Source of the DNA: Malacoraja senta
Taxonomy: Eukaryota
Direction: 5' to 3'
Assembly (NCBI GenBank): GCA_038087875.1
Contig: CM075997.1
Location: 6,450,001 to 6,514,000, forward strand
Length of the DNA: 64,000 nt
Program-made: the position numbers and the translations under genes
Shown here: positions 37,640-51,911 of the stretch, piece by piece
How the letters are laid out: each line of letters starts with the position of its first letter
Position numbering within the stretch: the first letter of the stretch is position 1
Notes under the pieces: generated by a model
What the model saw: the letters and a program-made list of their open reading frames with translations, nothing else
What the model was told of the DNA's origin: nothing
The model's database searches: none

Positions 37640-38280
37640 CAGGCCCGCTGTGCAGGACATGATGCCAAAGCCAACTCTAATCTGCCTGCATAATCTGTAT
37701 CCCTCCATTCCTTGCTTTTTCATATGCCTATCGTGAAGTCACTTAAATGCCACTATCTTGCCTGCTCCACCACCCTCTGAATAAGAAAATTGCCCTGCAC
37801 ATCTCCTGTAAACTTTGCACCAATTACCTGAAAGAGCCCTCTAGTATTAGATGTTTTCCATCTTGAGAAAAAGATTCTGACTGTCTACCCTATCTATGCC
37901 TCTACTAATTTCATATAGTTCCATCAGGTCTTCCACAACCTCTGGCATTCCAGAGAAAACAATCTGTCTAACCTCTCCCTGCAGCTATTATGCCTAATTA
38001 AGGCATTATTTTGGTAAACATCCTCTGCACCCTTTCCAAAGCCTGCACATCCATCCTCTAATAGGGCAAACAAAACTGCATGCAATTCTCCAAATGCAAC
38101 CTAACCAAAGACCTAAAAAGTTGCATCATGACTTCTTGAATCTTATACTCAATGCCCCGACCTATGAAAGCAAGCTTACCATATGCTGTCTCAAACATTC
38201 TACCTACTTGTATTGCCACTTTCAGGGAATTGTTGACTTGGCCCCTAGATCCATCTACATTTCAATGCTGCTAAGGTTAT
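37640..38280 (-). mobile_element. Old degenerate CR1-like LINE 3' part
   Basis: Eroded similarity to the other CR1 C-terminal and 3' UTR sequences. Confidence 0.55.
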
Positions 38281-38827
38281 GCCATTAGTTCAGTTTAGTT
38301 TAGAGATACAGCGTGAAAACAGGCCCTATGGCCTACCGAGTCTGCAGTGCACATTAACACAATCCTACGCACACCAGGAACAATTTACAAATATCAAGCC
38401 TAATTACCTACATACCTGTATGCCTTTGGAGTGGTGTATATTCATTTTATATTTTCTCTTTACATTTGGCCTCCCAAAGTGCTTGGCTTAAACTCCGTCT
38501 GCCATTTCACTACCCATTTCAGTAACTGTATACCTTACAGCTTTCCTCTCAGATAGCAACCTCGGCAATCTTGGTGTACAGCGTTAATATTGTCCTTCCA
38601 CCACAATCCTGTGCCTTCTATCAGTAAACAGTTTTGAATCCATGTGACCAAGTCACTATTAATCCCCAAAAAAGACACAAACTGCTGGACCAACTCAATG
38701 GGCAGGCAGCATCTCTGGAGAACATGGATAGGTGACCTTTTGGGTCAGGACACTTCTTCAGACAAAATGTAATGGCTGGGGGGAAGATACCTGTTAGAAA
38801 AGGAGGGGTGGGGCGAGGCCTGGCAAG

Positions 38828-39105
38828 TGGGCACAGTGGAGCAGTGGTAGAGATGTTGTCTTACAACACATCTGGGTTTGGTCCTGACTACCGGTGCTGT
38901 CTGTGCAGAGTTTGTATTTTCTCCCTGTGATCACATGTGTTTTCTCTGGGTGCTCTGGTTTCCAAATTCCAAAGCCACGTGTGTTTGTAGGTTAATTGGC
39001 TTCTGTAAATTGTCGCTAGTGTGTAGGATGCAACTAAAGAACGGGTGATCACTGATCGATGCGGACTCAGTGGGCAAAGAGCCTATTTCCACGCTGCATC
39101 TCTCA
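38828..39105 (+). mobile_element. V-SINE/HE1-like SINE
   Basis: tRNA-like head GGCACAGTGGAGCAGTGGTAGA...GGGTTTGGTCC plus the core domain. Confidence 0.72.
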
Positions 39106-40179
39106 AACGCTAGTGACAATTGGATATTGGTGAGGGGAATTTTTGATTGGCAGAGGGATGGACAAAAGCCAGAGGTGCAAAGACAAACGTTGTGAGATAA
39201 GAAGATAAGCAGGAAGAGGCACAAAATGTGAGGCTGGAGGAAGATATACAAGGGAAGGGGATGGGGGTAAGGGGAAATCGAGAAATTTGTGTACAATCAG
39301 TTGAAGGGGTGGGGGGGGGGGCGTTGAATGTAGATTAATTACATAAAATTGGAGAGTTAGGATGTAAGCTACCCAAGTGGAATATGATGTGATGTTCTTC
39401 CAGTTTGTGTGTAGTCATATTCAGGTAGTGGAAGAGGCCCAAGGACAGAAAGGACAATCTGCAGGGCTGGATTTACGTATAAGCTATACAAGCTTAAGCT
39501 TAGGGCCTCGAGATCTAGGGGGGCCTCGGCTCGCTCCACCAAGGTGTATAACACTTTTGACATAGTGGCATTGTTACAAAACCTGCGATAGTAGCGTTGT
39601 TACAAAACCTACCATCGGTGGCGCTGTGCTTGCGATTCCGGAGGCTTTGGTGGTGTGTGGGGGGGGGGGGGGGGGGATTAAAATGCAGGTGAGGTATATA
39701 TTTGTTGTGGAGAGGAATTTGCTCCAAAGATCCTTGGATCCTTGGAAGTGCAGGACAAAGCAAAAGGTATGTAGTTTATTTAACTATTTTCCCCCGCCGA
39801 AACTCGCCGCCGCACTGGGCCCACCCATCTCACCACCGCACCGGGGGCCTACCCACCTTGCCGCTGCACCGGGCCCACTCATCTCCCCGCCGCACCGGCC
39901 CTACCCACCTCGCCCCCGCACCGGGCCGATCCACCTCCATGCCGCACCGGACCTGTTGAACCTCGCCACCCCACCGACCATCCGCACACCTCCCACACTT
40001 TGCCCGCCGACCCTCGCCACTCCACCGCCCTCCAGAAGCCCGCAGCCGTTGCCTTACCTGCAGCCTGGACTCAGCACCGGGCCTGAAGTTTCAACACTGC
40101 AGATTCCCACTCCCCTGGGTTTGACTGCGCTGGGTCCTAGTGCTAGTCCCCCAACCCTGGTAACCTCAGTGGCTGTTCC

Positions 40180-40640
40180 ACTGGAACTTCCCCATTCCCC
40201 CCAAACCATGTGACTCCAGCTCTTCCCCACCCACACTACAGTCCTCATACCCCCTACCCCCTGACCACCCACCACCCCCCCAACAGACATCGCCTTGGCC
40301 TCAATCCACTCACCTGCCTTCCTCCGGCCCCAACCCCCATCCCTGCCGTGTGCTCACCATCCCCCCTGACCTCCCCCTCTCAGATTCCGAATGGTCTGTC
40401 CGCAGCAGAGCCTTTGTCCCCCTCCATGCCCACCTCAATGAGTTCCGCGCCCGCCGTGATTTGGAGCTCTTCTTCCGTCGCCTCTGCCTCACACTGTTCT
40501 TCCATGGGAAGGAGTCCTCGCCCCTATTGATGATCCCTTTTCCCATCTCCAACGGACCCCCTCCTCTTGGACCCCCCCCCCTCATGGCCATCTTCCGGCC
40601 TTATACCATTTTATTTTAAACTGCCGCCGGCACATCAACC
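40180..40640 (+). mobile_element. Penelope-like N-terminal ORF fragment
   Basis: TIPPDLPLSDSEWSV..FVPL..HLNEFRARRDLELFFRRL. Confidence 0.6.
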
Positions 40641-40921
40641 ACCTCAACAGTATATAATACCATGTAATTCTGTGTTCAGGGAAGTGGAGAGAGGACAGCA
40701 AAGTGCCTGTGTTGCTCACTTGGCTGGGGTTTGTTTACCTTGCCACATCCATTGGCTGATAATTAGTAACGTTTTGAATTGGTCTACCAAACTGCTTTGT
40801 GAGTTGTCTGTTTATTAAGAAGTGAACCTGTTTGATTAGCCTTTTTCAAGCAGATTTGATTCAGATTTGAATCAGGTTTCGCAATATAATTGAACAATTC
40901 TTTCAGAAATATTTCCCAACT

Positions 40922-43900
40922 ATTATAATAATAATAATAATAATAATAACACATTTATTTTATATAGCGCTTTTCAGGACTCAAAGTCGCTTTACATTAC
41001 ATACATTACATTTTACAGTGAAAAAACAAAACAAAACAAAATAGAGCAGTAAGACAGAGATGCAAAGGGGAGGGGGACATGGGACTAAGGGTATGCAGAC
41101 GTGAAGAGATGGGTCTTGAGGTGGGACTGGAAGATGGTGAGGGACTCAGAATTTCGGATCAGTTGTGGGAGGGAATTCCAGAGCCTGGGAGCTGCCCTGG
41201 AGAAGGCTCTGCCTCCAAAAGTGCAGAGGTTTGATTTCGGAGTGGAGAGACCAGCTGATGTGGATCTGAGGGACCGTGAGGGTTGGTAGGGGGAGAGGAG
41301 GTCAGTGAGATAAGGGGGGCCAAGTGGTTGAGGGCTTTGTAGGTGAGGACCAGGATTTTGTAGATGATCCGGTGGGAAATGGGAAGCCAGTGAAGTTCTT
41401 TGAGAACTGGGGTGATGTGGTGCCAGGATTTGGTGTGGGTAATGAGTCGGGCGGCTGCATTCTGGACCAGTTGATATTGCTGGAATTGATGCCAAAGAGA
41501 AGAGAGTTACAGTAGTCCAGTCGGGGGGAGATGAAGGCATGGATGAGTCTTTCAGCAGCGGGGGGTGTGAGAGAGGATCTGATTTTTGCAATGTTGCGGA
41601 GGTGAAAAAATGATGTTTTGACAACATTGCGGATGTGAGGCTCAAGGGAGAGGGTTGAGTCAAAGGTCACGCCAAGGTTGCGTGCCTGAGGAGATGGGGA
41701 GACAGTGGTGCCGTCAATAGTGAGAGTGGGGTTGTTAATTTTAGTGAGTGTTGATTTGGAGCCAATGAGGAGAAATTCAGTTTTGCTACTGTTAATTTAA
41801 GGAAGTTGAGTTGCATCCAAGATTTGATGGCTGATAGGCAGGAGTTGATATGGGAGAGAAGGGGGTGGTGGGGGGACTTGGTGCTGAGATAGATCTGGGT
41901 GTCATCAGCATAGCAGTGGAAGTCCAGGTTGAAGTGACGGAGTATATGACCAAGGGGGATGATGTAGATGATGAAGAGGAGGGGACCAAGAACGGAGCCT
42001 TGGGGAACGCCTTGAGTGACAGTGGCTGTGGCAGAGGTGTGGTTATGGAGAGAGATGAAGTGGGATCGGTTGGAAAGGTAGGAACGGAGCCAGCTGAATG
42101 CAGAACCTTCGATGCCAAGGTCCCTAAGTCTGGTGAGCAGGATGTTATGGTTCACGGTATCGAAGGCTGCACTCAGGTCGAGGAGGATGAGGATATTGAG
42201 GGAGTCAGTGTCAGCAGAGGTAAGGAGGTCATTGAGGACTTTGAGGAGAGCAGTTTCTGTGCTGTGGAGGGGGCGAAAGCCAGATTGGAGGGGTTTGAAT
42301 AGGTTATACGCGAGGAGGTGGGAATGAAGTTGTGACGCGACGATATGCTCCAGGGTTTTTGAAAGAAAGGGGAGGTTTGAGATAGGGTGGTAGTTAATGA
42401 GAGAGGAGGGATCAAGACCAGGTTTCTTTAAGATTGGTGTGACTGCAGCAGTTTTGAAAGCAGAGGGGACAATTCCTTGGGACAATGAGGAGTTGAAGAG
42501 ATTATTGAGGTAGGGGCAGAGAGCGGGGAGGCAGGACTTCAGCAGGGGAGTGGGGAGAGGGTCGAGGGAGCAGGGAGTGGGTTTGGAAGAGCTGATGAGT
42601 TTGGAGATTTCAGTAGGGGTGACCGGGTCAAACTGGGAGAGGAAGCAGTGAGGGGGAGGGGTATGGAGATCATCGGAGATGTTGAAAGGAGCGGCCTTGG
42701 TAGGTGGTGGAGTAGATGCTGGGGAGTCGGGTACAGGGGATAAGGATTGATAGATGGTGCTGATTTTGTCAGCAAAAAAGTGGAGGAATGAGTTGCAGAG
42801 ATCCGGAGTGGAGGTAGGGAGAGTGTTGGCTCGAGGCTTGAGGAGGTTGCACACTGTGGAGAAGAGGGTTCTGTGGTTTAGGCAGGGGTCGGTGAATATG
42901 GAGGAGAGGTATGCAGATTTAGCAGCAATGAGGGCATCTTTGTAGGCAGTGAGGTGGAGTTTGTAAGCTTCATGGTGGACTGTGAGAGGTGATTTCTTTA
43001 TGAGTCGTTCAAGTCGGCGACCAGTCTGTTTCAGCTTACGAAGTGCAGGTGTGTACCAGGGTGAAGATTTACTAAAAGTTACGGTTCTTGTTTTGAGGGG
43101 AGCCAGAGTGTTAAGTGAGGTAGACAAGGTGGAATTGAGATGGTTTGTGAGATCATCAGGTGAGATGTGGGTTGAGTCCAGGGGAGAGTGGTGGAGAGCA
43201 GGTCAGAAAGATGGTGAGGGTCGATGGATTTTAGATTACGGAAGGTGATTTCTCGGAGGAAGCGGGTGCGAGGTGTCGGAGAAGGGATGGTGAACCATAT
43301 AAGCTTATGATCAGAGAGGGGGAAGAGGCATGGATGGAGGTCGAGTATCGGTTGATTTGTGGAGCAGACCAGGTCAAGGATGTGACCTTTGTCATGAGTG
43401 GGAAAGGTGACGTGCTGAGTGAGAGAGAAGTTGTCAAGTAAAAAAGCGAATTCAGATGCGAACTTGCAGGTGGGGGAGTCCATATGAATGTTTAAGTCAC
43501 CAAGTAGCAGCAGACGTGGGAAGAGAGATGAGGCAAGGGTGAGGAATTCAGTGAAGTCAGATAGGAAGGAGGGGTTTGGTTTAGGTGGCCGGTAAATGAG
43601 GATGACTGTCATGGAGGAAAGGGCTTTGAAGGCAAGGAATTCAAATGATGCTACTGGGGGGGAGGGGGGGTTCAGCGATCGGAAAGTTCTCGTTGAAAAT
43701 AACAGCGAGGCCGTATCCATGGCGGGAGAGGCGGGGTTTGGAAATATAATTAAATCCAGATGGGGATGCTTGGTTGAGGAGAAGAAGACATTGGGTTGTT
43801 GCCAGGTTTCAGTGAGCAGAAGGAAGTCAAGAGTGTTGTCAAGGATTAGTTCATGGAGGGCAAGGGCTTTGTTGTTGAGCGACCGGGTGTTGAGGAGGGC

Positions 43901-45065
43901 AAAGTTGGCATTGTGAGAGGGTGGAGGGATGGGGGCAGGCTGGAGAGATCTGAGGTTGTCCCAGTTGACAGTGCATGTGGTCATCTGGGATGGGGGGTGA
44001 CACGGTTGAGGGGGGGCAGAGCGTGATAGTGAGCAGATGGATGGAATGGAATGTCCGTGGCCGAAGCAAACAAGCTTGCGTAGAGAGCCTCTGTGGATGT
44101 AACGGGGTCGACGCAGAAGTCCAAACTGTTTAATGATTGGGATGCAGGATGGGGTGTGATTGTTGAAGAGACCAGTCAGCCTCAGAGCCGAGTATTTGAA
44201 CATGATGAGGAGCCCAAGCAACTGCAGAAAGCAGCAGAGAGGTTGTCCAGCGGTGAGGGCGCAGAGAGGTGTCCAGCAGTGAGGGAGCAAAGAGGCCATC
44301 CAGCAGTGCAGGTGCAGTGAGGCGACGAGAAGTGCAGGTGCAGAGAGGCCGTCCAGCGGTGCAGGTGCAGAGAGGCATCCAGCGGTACAGGTGGAGAGAG
44401 AAGCCAGCGGTGGGTGAGCAGAGAGGCCGTCCAGTAGAGCTGGTGGAGCGAGGTGTCCAGCAGTGAGGGAGCAAAGAGGCCGTCCAGCAGTGCAGGTGCA
44501 GCGAGGCGTCGAGCAGTGCAGGTGCAGAGAGGCCGTCCAGCAGTGCAGGTGGAGAGAGAAGTCAGTGGTGGGTGAGCAGAGAGGCCGTCCAGTAGAGCTG
44601 GTGCAATGAGGGGCCGTCCAGCAGCGCAGGTGCAGCGAGGCGTCGAGCAGTGCAGGTGCAGAGAGGCCATCCAGCAGCGCAGGTGCAGAGAGGCTGTCCA
44701 GGTTGGGGGTGCAGAGAGATCCAGCTGGTGCAGCGTCGCTGGTGCAGGGAGGTGTCCAGCGTCGATGGTGCACAGACAGGTAAGAGGTTACAAAAGAGGG
44801 GGGGGGGAGAATGTCGGGCGGAGAAGCGGCGAACAGTCAATGCCAGCGTCCTCTCCGGGCAGCGTGCAGGGTTCTAGCGGTGTAGGCCGCAGGGCGATCG
44901 ATTCCACGGTTAGAAACGGCCAAACGCCGGAGACCACCGCAACCTACAATGGTCCCTCGTCGAGTGGTGGGTCCTGGCTTCATCCGAGGTCGAATTTACC
45001 GCAGTCAGCAAACTCGCTATAGGGAGTCGTCAATTCGACTCTGCTCTGCTGCCGCCATTTTCCCA
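40922..45065 (-). mobile_element. L2-clade LINE, near full length, frameshifted
   Basis: APE endonuclease (LLNTRSLNNK, LLTETW, IYRPP, GDLNIH, ILDLV, SDH); RT 41667-43127 (QSGFRPLHSTETAL, LDLSAAFDTV, YADDTQ); (TTA)n tail near 40925-40950; 5' tandem repeats at 44230-44760. Confidence 0.93.
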
Positions 45066-45069
45066 AATC

Positions 45070-46350
45070 AACAAGCAAAGGCCACCTTGCCAGATGTTAA
45101 CTACAGAACAGTCACAGGGAGACAAAGAGTAAGGAAATGGCAAGGAAATGATGGAAGTGCACCTGGTCCTGATGCTTTAGATAAACTCTTCAAGAGATAA
45201 AATCCTTTATTCCTATACTAGATGCACTTGAAACCAATTTAAAAAGAAGAGGTACTGTGTACAGTAAAGTTGCACAACAGTTTTCCTTTCTTGCTAACCT
45301 GACCGCATCTAAGCAAGAAATTCAGTAAGGTGTTGACCTGTTGATGGAAGCATACCCAGAAGATGTTGACCTGAAATTTACTGATTAACTTTTGCACTTT
45401 CACTCGTACGTGAGACAAAGCCATAGGCATACAGAAGAGCACTCTCTGTCTCATACAGACCTTTATCAAATAATATACAAGGAAACAATTCAGATGGCCT
45501 TCCCTAATGTGGAAGCAATCTTGCGGCTGTTTCTTAGCTTAATGGTCACCAACTGCCCGGTAGAGAGGTCTTTTTCAAGACTCAAAAGAATTAAAAATTA
45601 ATTAAGGTCCACAATGTCTCAAGGAAGGTTGTCTACATTCTCAGCGGATTGGGCGAAGCGCTTGGTCTCGCCGATGTAGAGAAGTTGACACCTGGAACAG
45701 CGGATGCAGTAGATGAGGTTGGAGGAGGTGCAAAGTGAATCTCTGCCTCACCTGGAAAGACTGCTTGGGTCCTTGGATGGAATTGAGGGGGGAGGTAAAG
45801 TGACAAGTGTAGCATTTCCTGCGGTTGCAAGGGCAAGTACCCGGGGAGGGGGTGGTTTGGGTGGGAATGGACGAATTGACTAGGGAGTTACAGAGGGAAC
45901 AGTCTCTGTGGAAAGCAGAGGGGTGGAGATGGAAAGATGTGGCCAGTGGTGGGATCGCGTTCGAGGTGGCGAAAATGTCGGAGGATTATATAGTGTATAT
46001 GCATGGAGTCAGGCATCAGGAGCAAAATCCTAATTAATACTTCTCATCAGTGTCCAGCATAAAAGGTGTGAAGAGGTAAGGAAGGGGTACTTGACATTCT
46101 GTTTGTTTCATGGTTGTAGAAATATTGCAGAAAGGTACATTAATGGAACAACACAGGAACAGGTCCCCTCAGCACACCATGCCATGCTGAACATGACACC
46201 AGGTTAAGGTAATCTCTTCCTGCACATAATCTATATCCCTCCACATGTACGTGTCCATTCTGTGCATTGAGAGTGACAAACTTAGACAAACAGATCTTGG
46301 TGAACTTCTGGATGATTTTGCTATGAAGAAGGCAAGAAAAAAACATTTTT
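45070..46350 (+). pseudogene. hAT transposase C-terminal remnant, split by an insertion
   Basis: FPNVEAILRLFLSLMVTNCPVERSFSRLKRIKN*LRSTMSQGRLS (to ~45635), resuming ILCIESDKL...DDFAMKKARKK at ~46255-46345. Confidence 0.85.
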
Positions 46351-48343
46351 GCTCTCAGTGTATTTGTAGTTTCTTTATTTCTTAATATTCCACATTCATT
46401 TCAAGAGACACTTATTGTCACGTGCACCAATTGGTACAATGAGATTTGGGGGTCACCTTCCGATGTCGGAACGGGAGAACATTCTCAGCGGATTGGACTT
46501 CCGAATCGGCCACTTCCTACAGGAGACCACGGCTCCCGAAGTCCACAGGCTGAGCTGGGCGGAGATTCACGCTGGCGGCCCCCGGCAAAGGGATGCCAGG
46601 GCTCCACGATGTTGAAATCAGTGCGGCCCGAGGCTGGGAGCTCCGCAAACCACAGCTCCATGATGTTGAAGCAGCAGTCCCTACACTCCGGAGCTTCAAA
46701 CAGCGATCCAAGCAAGGCATCGCCCGCTCCGCGGTGAATCCAATATGTATTTTAAAACCAACTGTTTAATGACAACATATAGTAAAATCTAAAAGTGTCA
46801 CACTGTCACTGTCGGGTAGTGATGGTCCTCTAGTCGTGGGGGTGGGGGATTGGGAGGGGGGGGGCTCACAAGTGAAATAGCTTAGGGCCTCTCTTCATCT
46901 AAATCCAGCCCTGACAATATGGAAATAGGGAGGGGAGTTAAAATAATTCACTAGCAAGTGATTCAGCAGGCCTTGGCGAACATAGCGCGTGTTCGGCAAA
47001 ACAGTTGCTAGTCTACTTGCTGATATATAGGGGGCCACATCAGGAGCACCAATTGCAATTGATGAATCTAGATGCGGTGCATGTGAACGTCTGTCCCACC
47101 TGGATAAATGTGGAGGAAGGAATCGAGAGACGTGTTATATCTCCTGTATTTGCCAGGGGAAGGGGTGGATTGGGTAGGGAGGGATGAGTGATAAAGTCTG
47201 TTCATTGCTTCATTCCTGCAACATTTTTTAAACTCTCAACGAAATGCTCTTAGTTGAACCCCGTAGCCCACCCTAACCCTCCTTGCCACTCGGATTATCG
47301 TGCTCCTCTGTTTCTCAATTCTGATTTTGGATCCAACACCTTAAATATTTGCTGTTAGTCATTGCATGGATGCTGTCTGACCTGCTTTTAGCATATTATG
47401 TTTTTATTTCACAATTGCTGTCCCATCAAAAACAAGAGAAATCCCCAGGGAGTCTTGCTACAAATGGCCCGCTGGCACTGAAACACGTCAACCATTCTCA
47501 CTTCCTGTCAGGGAGACAGTCTGGGATCCAACTTATCACTGTGCCTTGGATCCCATGGGATCAATCTGCCATGTGGGATTTGTCCAGCACTTTGGTCATG
47601 TCCGGGTGGACTACATCAAATACACTTCCTCATCATTTGTATTGTGTATATTTTAGACTAGACTTTAACAACTGTTGAAACACTTGAACAAATTATTTCA
47701 TATTTGGCAAACTCTATATGCAGGATAAATGAGTTGAGATGAAGTAACAGGTGAAAAGAAGCTCCCCGCTGTTCCACGGGCCGTTCTGAACAGCCCGGGC
47801 ATGTTTATCAAGATCGACTGAATTAGCTGTTTGCAATGATGCTGAACAATAATCCCTGCCTCTGACATATCCCTCTCTTCCAATATTACTGCTGCTCTTC
47901 CTCGGGTTCTTATTCAGCCCCTCACACCTGCTCCATCGTTCCATAAAATCATGCCTGGTCTTTTACCTCAGCACCACCTCCAAGCAGTAACCACTGAACC
48001 ATCAACTACATCAATTCCCCCAAATCTATCAAAAACTAACTATCTTGGCCTGGAGAATGCTGAGCAGCCAAGCCTCCACTGTCACCCCACAGCTTTCTCA
48101 ATGAGTGTTTCTAGATTCACCACCCACTGTAAGAAAATATTTCTTCTCAATCTGAAAGGCCAATCTTCATACTGAGAAGGTGACCCCTGATACAAGAGTC
48201 ATCACCCAGTAGTTTGCAGGGGATCTGGGCGAAAAATTAAGAAGGAAATTTGGACAGCATTAAGGGGCCATGTTGGCAGTTTGGTAAATAGGATTAAAGA
48301 AAACGAGGAAGTAATGTCTCCTTAGTGACCGGACGGTATTACT

Positions 48344-49560
48344 GGTAGACAAAAATGCTGGAGAAACTCAGCGGGTGAGGCAGCATCTATAAAGAGAAGG
48401 AATAGGCGGCATTTTGGGTCGAGGCCCTTCTTCAGACTGATATCAGGGGGGGTGGTGGGAAAAAGAAAGGAAGAGGCGGAGGCAATAGGCTTGTGGAAGA
48501 GCTGGGAAGGGGGACGGGAAGGAGGGGGAAAGCAAGGGCTATCTGATATTACATAGAAACATAGAAATTAGGTGCAGGAGTAGGCCATTCAGCCCTTCGA
48601 GCCTGCACCGCCATTCAATATGATCATGGCTGATCATCCAACTCAGTATCCCATACCTGCCTTCTCTCCATACCCTCTGATCCCTTTAGCCACAAGGGCC
48701 ACATCTAACTCCCTCTTAAATATAGCCAATGAACTGGCCTCGACTACCCTCTGTGGCAGAGAGTTCCAGAGATTCACCACTCTGTGTGAAAAAAGTTCTT
48801 CTCATCTCGGTTTTAAAGGATTTCCCCCTTATCCTTAAGCTGTGACCCCTTGTCCTGGACTTCCCCAACATCGGGAGCAATCTTCCTGCATCTAGCCTGT
48901 CCAACCCCTTAAGAATTTTGTAAGTTTCTATAAGATCCCCTCTCAATCTCCAAAATTCTAGCGAGTATAAACCAAGTCTATCCAGTCATTGATAGACTTG
49001 GTTTATATTCGAGAAGTCATTGTTCATACCGCTGGGGTGAAAACTACACGAGCGAAATATGAGGTGCTGTTCCTCCAATTTGCACTGGGCCTCACTCTGG
49101 CAATGGAGGAGGCCCAGGACAGAAAGGTCAGATACGGAATGGGAGGGGGAGTTGAAGTACTGAGCCATTGGGAGATCAGGTAGGTTCGTGCGAACTGAGC
49201 GGAGGTGTTGGGTGAAGCGCTTGGTCTCGCCGATGTAGAGAAGTTGACACCTGGAACAGCAGATGCAGTAGATGAGGTTGGAGGAGGTGCAAGTGAATCT
49301 CTGCCTCACCTGGAAAGACTGCTTGGGTCCTTGGATGGAGTCGAGGGGGAAGGTAAAGTGACAAGTGTAGCATTTCCTGTGGTTGCAAGGGCAAGTACCC
49401 GGGGAGGGGGTGGTTTGGGTGGGAATGGACGAATTGACTAGGGAGTTACAGAGGGAACAGTCTCTGTGGAAAGCAGAGGGGTGGAGATGGAAAGATGTGG
49501 CCAGTGGTGGGATCGCGTTGGAGGTGGCGAAAATGTCGGAGGATTATATATTGTATATGC
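48344..49560 (-). mobile_element. Penelope-like element 3' part (GIY-YIG endonuclease and terminal repeat), interrupted by CR1
   Basis: FTCTSSNLIYCICCSRCQLLYIGETKR...HLRSV...EEQHLIFR...PSGMN (48986-49309). Confidence 0.88.
48551..48986 (-). mobile_element. CR1 LINE 3' fragment
   Basis: RGDLIETYKILKGLDRLDAG; near-identical to 14600-14995. Confidence 0.92.
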
Positions 49561-51911
49561 ATGGAGTCAGGCATCAGGAGCAAAATCCTAAATTAATACT
49601 TCTCATCAGTGTCCAGCATAAAAGGTGTGAAGAGGTAAGGAAGGGGTACTTGACATTCTGTTTGTTTCATGGTTGTAGAAATATTGCAGAAAGGTACATT
49701 AATGGAACAACACAGGAACAGGTCCCTCAGCACACCATGCCATGCTGAACATGACACCAGGTTAAGGTAAACTCTTCCTGCACATAATCTATATCCCTCC
49801 ACATGTACGTGTCCATTCTGTGCATTGAGAGTGACAAACTTAGACAAACAGATCTTCGTGAACCTCTGGATGATTTTGCTATGAAGAAGGCAAGAAAAAA
49901 ACATTTTTGCTCTCAGTGTATTTGTAGTTTCTTTATTTCTTAATATTCCACATTCATTTCAAGAGACACTTATTGTCACATGCACCAATTGGTACAATGA
50001 AATTTGGGGGTCACCATCCGATGTCGGAACGGGAGAACATTCTCAGCGGATTGGACTTCCGAATCGGCCACTTCCTACAGGAGACCACGGCTCCCGAAGT
50101 CCACAGGCTGAGCTGGGCGGAGATTCACGCTGGCGGCCCCCGGCAAAGGGATGCCAGGGCTCCACGATGTTGAAATCAGTGCGGCCCGAGGCTGGGAGCT
50201 CCGCAAACCACAGCTCCATGATGTTGAAGCAGCAGTCCCAACACTCCGGAGCTTCAAACGGCGATCCAGGCAAGGCATCGCCCGCTCCGCGGTGAATCCA
50301 ATATGTATTTTAAAACCAACTATTTAATGACAACATATGGTAAAATCTAAAAGTGTCACACTGTCACTGTCGGGTAGTGATGGTCCTCTAGTCGTGGGGG
50401 TGGGGGATTGGGAGGGGGGGGGCTCACAAGTGAAATAGCTTAGGGCCTCTCTTCATCTAAATCCAGCCCTGACAATATGGAAATAGGGAGGGGAGTTAAA
50501 ATAATTCACTAGCAAGTGATTCAGCAGGCCTTGGCGAACATAGCGCGTGTTCGGCAAAACAGTTGCTAGTCTACTTGCTGATATATAGGGGGCCACATCA
50601 GGAGCACCAATTGCAATTGATGAATCTAGATGCGGTGCATGTGAACGTCTGTCTCACCTGGATAAATGTGGAGGAAGGAATCGAGAGACGTGTTATATCT
50701 CCTGTATTTGCCAGGGGAAGGGGTGGATTGGGTAGGGAGGGATGAGTGATAAAGTCTGTTCATTGCTTCATTCCTGCAACATTTTTTAAACTCTCAACGA
50801 AATGCTCTTAGTTGAACCCCATAGCCCACCCTAACCCTCCTTGCCACTCGGATTATCGTGCTCCTCTGTTTCTCAATTCTGATTTTGGATCCAACACCTT
50901 AAATGTTTGCTGTTAGTCATTACATGGATGCTGTCTGACCTGCTTTTAGCATATTATGTTTTTATTTCACAATTGCTGTCCCATCAAAAACAAGAGAAAT
51001 CCCAGGGAGTCTTGCTACAAATGGCCCGCTGGCACTGAAACACGTCAACCATTCTCACTTCCTGTCAGGGAGACAGTCTGGGATCCAACTTATCACTGTG
51101 CCTTCGATCCCATGGGATCAATCTGCCATGTGGGGTTTGTCCAGCACTTTGGTCATGTCCGGGTGGACTACATCAAATACACTTCCTCATCATTTGTATT
51201 GTGTATATTTTAGACTAGACTTTAACAACTGTTGAAACACTTGAACAAATTATTTCATATTTGGCAAACTCTATATGCAGGATAAATGATTTGAGATGAA
51301 GTAACAGGTGAAAAGAAACTCCCCGCTGTTCCACGGGCCATTCTGAACAGCCCGGGCATGTTTATCAAGATCGACTGAATTAGCTGTTTGCAATGATGCT
51401 GAACAATAATCCCTGCCTCTGACATATCCCTCTCTTCCAATATTACTGCTGCTCTTCCTCGGGTTCTTATTCAGCCCCTCACACCTGCTCCACCGTTCCA
51501 TAAAATCATGCCTGGTCTTTTACCTCAGCACCACCTCCAAGCAGTAACCACTGAACCATCAACTACATCAATTCCCCCAAATCTACCAAAAACTAACTAT
51601 CTTGGCCTGGAGAATGCTGAGCAGCCAAGCCTCCACTGTCACCCCACAGCTTTCTCAATGAGTGTTTCTAGATTCACCACCCACTGTAAGAAAATATTTC
51701 TTCTCAATCTGAAAGGCCAATCTTCATACTGAGAAGGTGACCCCTGATACAAGAGTCATCACCCAGTAGTTTGCAGGGGATCTGGGCGAAAAATTAAGAA
51801 GGAAATTTGGACAGCATTAAGGGGCCATGATGGCAGTTTGGTAAATAGGATTAAAGAAAACGAGGAAGTAATGTCTCCTTAGTGACCGGACGGTATTACT
51901 GGTAGACAAAA

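Larger units (their letters stand above)
39462..46913 (+). mobile_element. hAT DNA transposon relic hosting nested Penelope and L2 insertions
   Basis: TIR CAGGGCTGGATTTA / TAAATCCAGCCCTG; 8-bp TSD ACAATCTG / ACAATATG; hAT dimerisation domain remnants inside. Confidence 0.82.
45650..51911. repeat. ~2.7-kb direct duplication (45650-48355 versus 49210-51911, offset ~3558)
   Basis: Paired ORFs 46415/49973, 47005/50563 and 47951/51508 are nearly identical. Confidence 0.95.

Noticed and set aside
38828..38890. Additional tRNA gene
   Set aside because: It is a degenerate tRNA-derived SINE head with no cloverleaf.
39770..40213. Proline-rich ORF
   Set aside because: Low-complexity subterminal repeats of the hAT element plus Penelope sequence.
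43920..44773. Cys/His-rich N-terminal half of the 564-aa ORF as a novel protein
   Set aside because: It is a translation of L2 5' tandem repeats in frame with the endonuclease.
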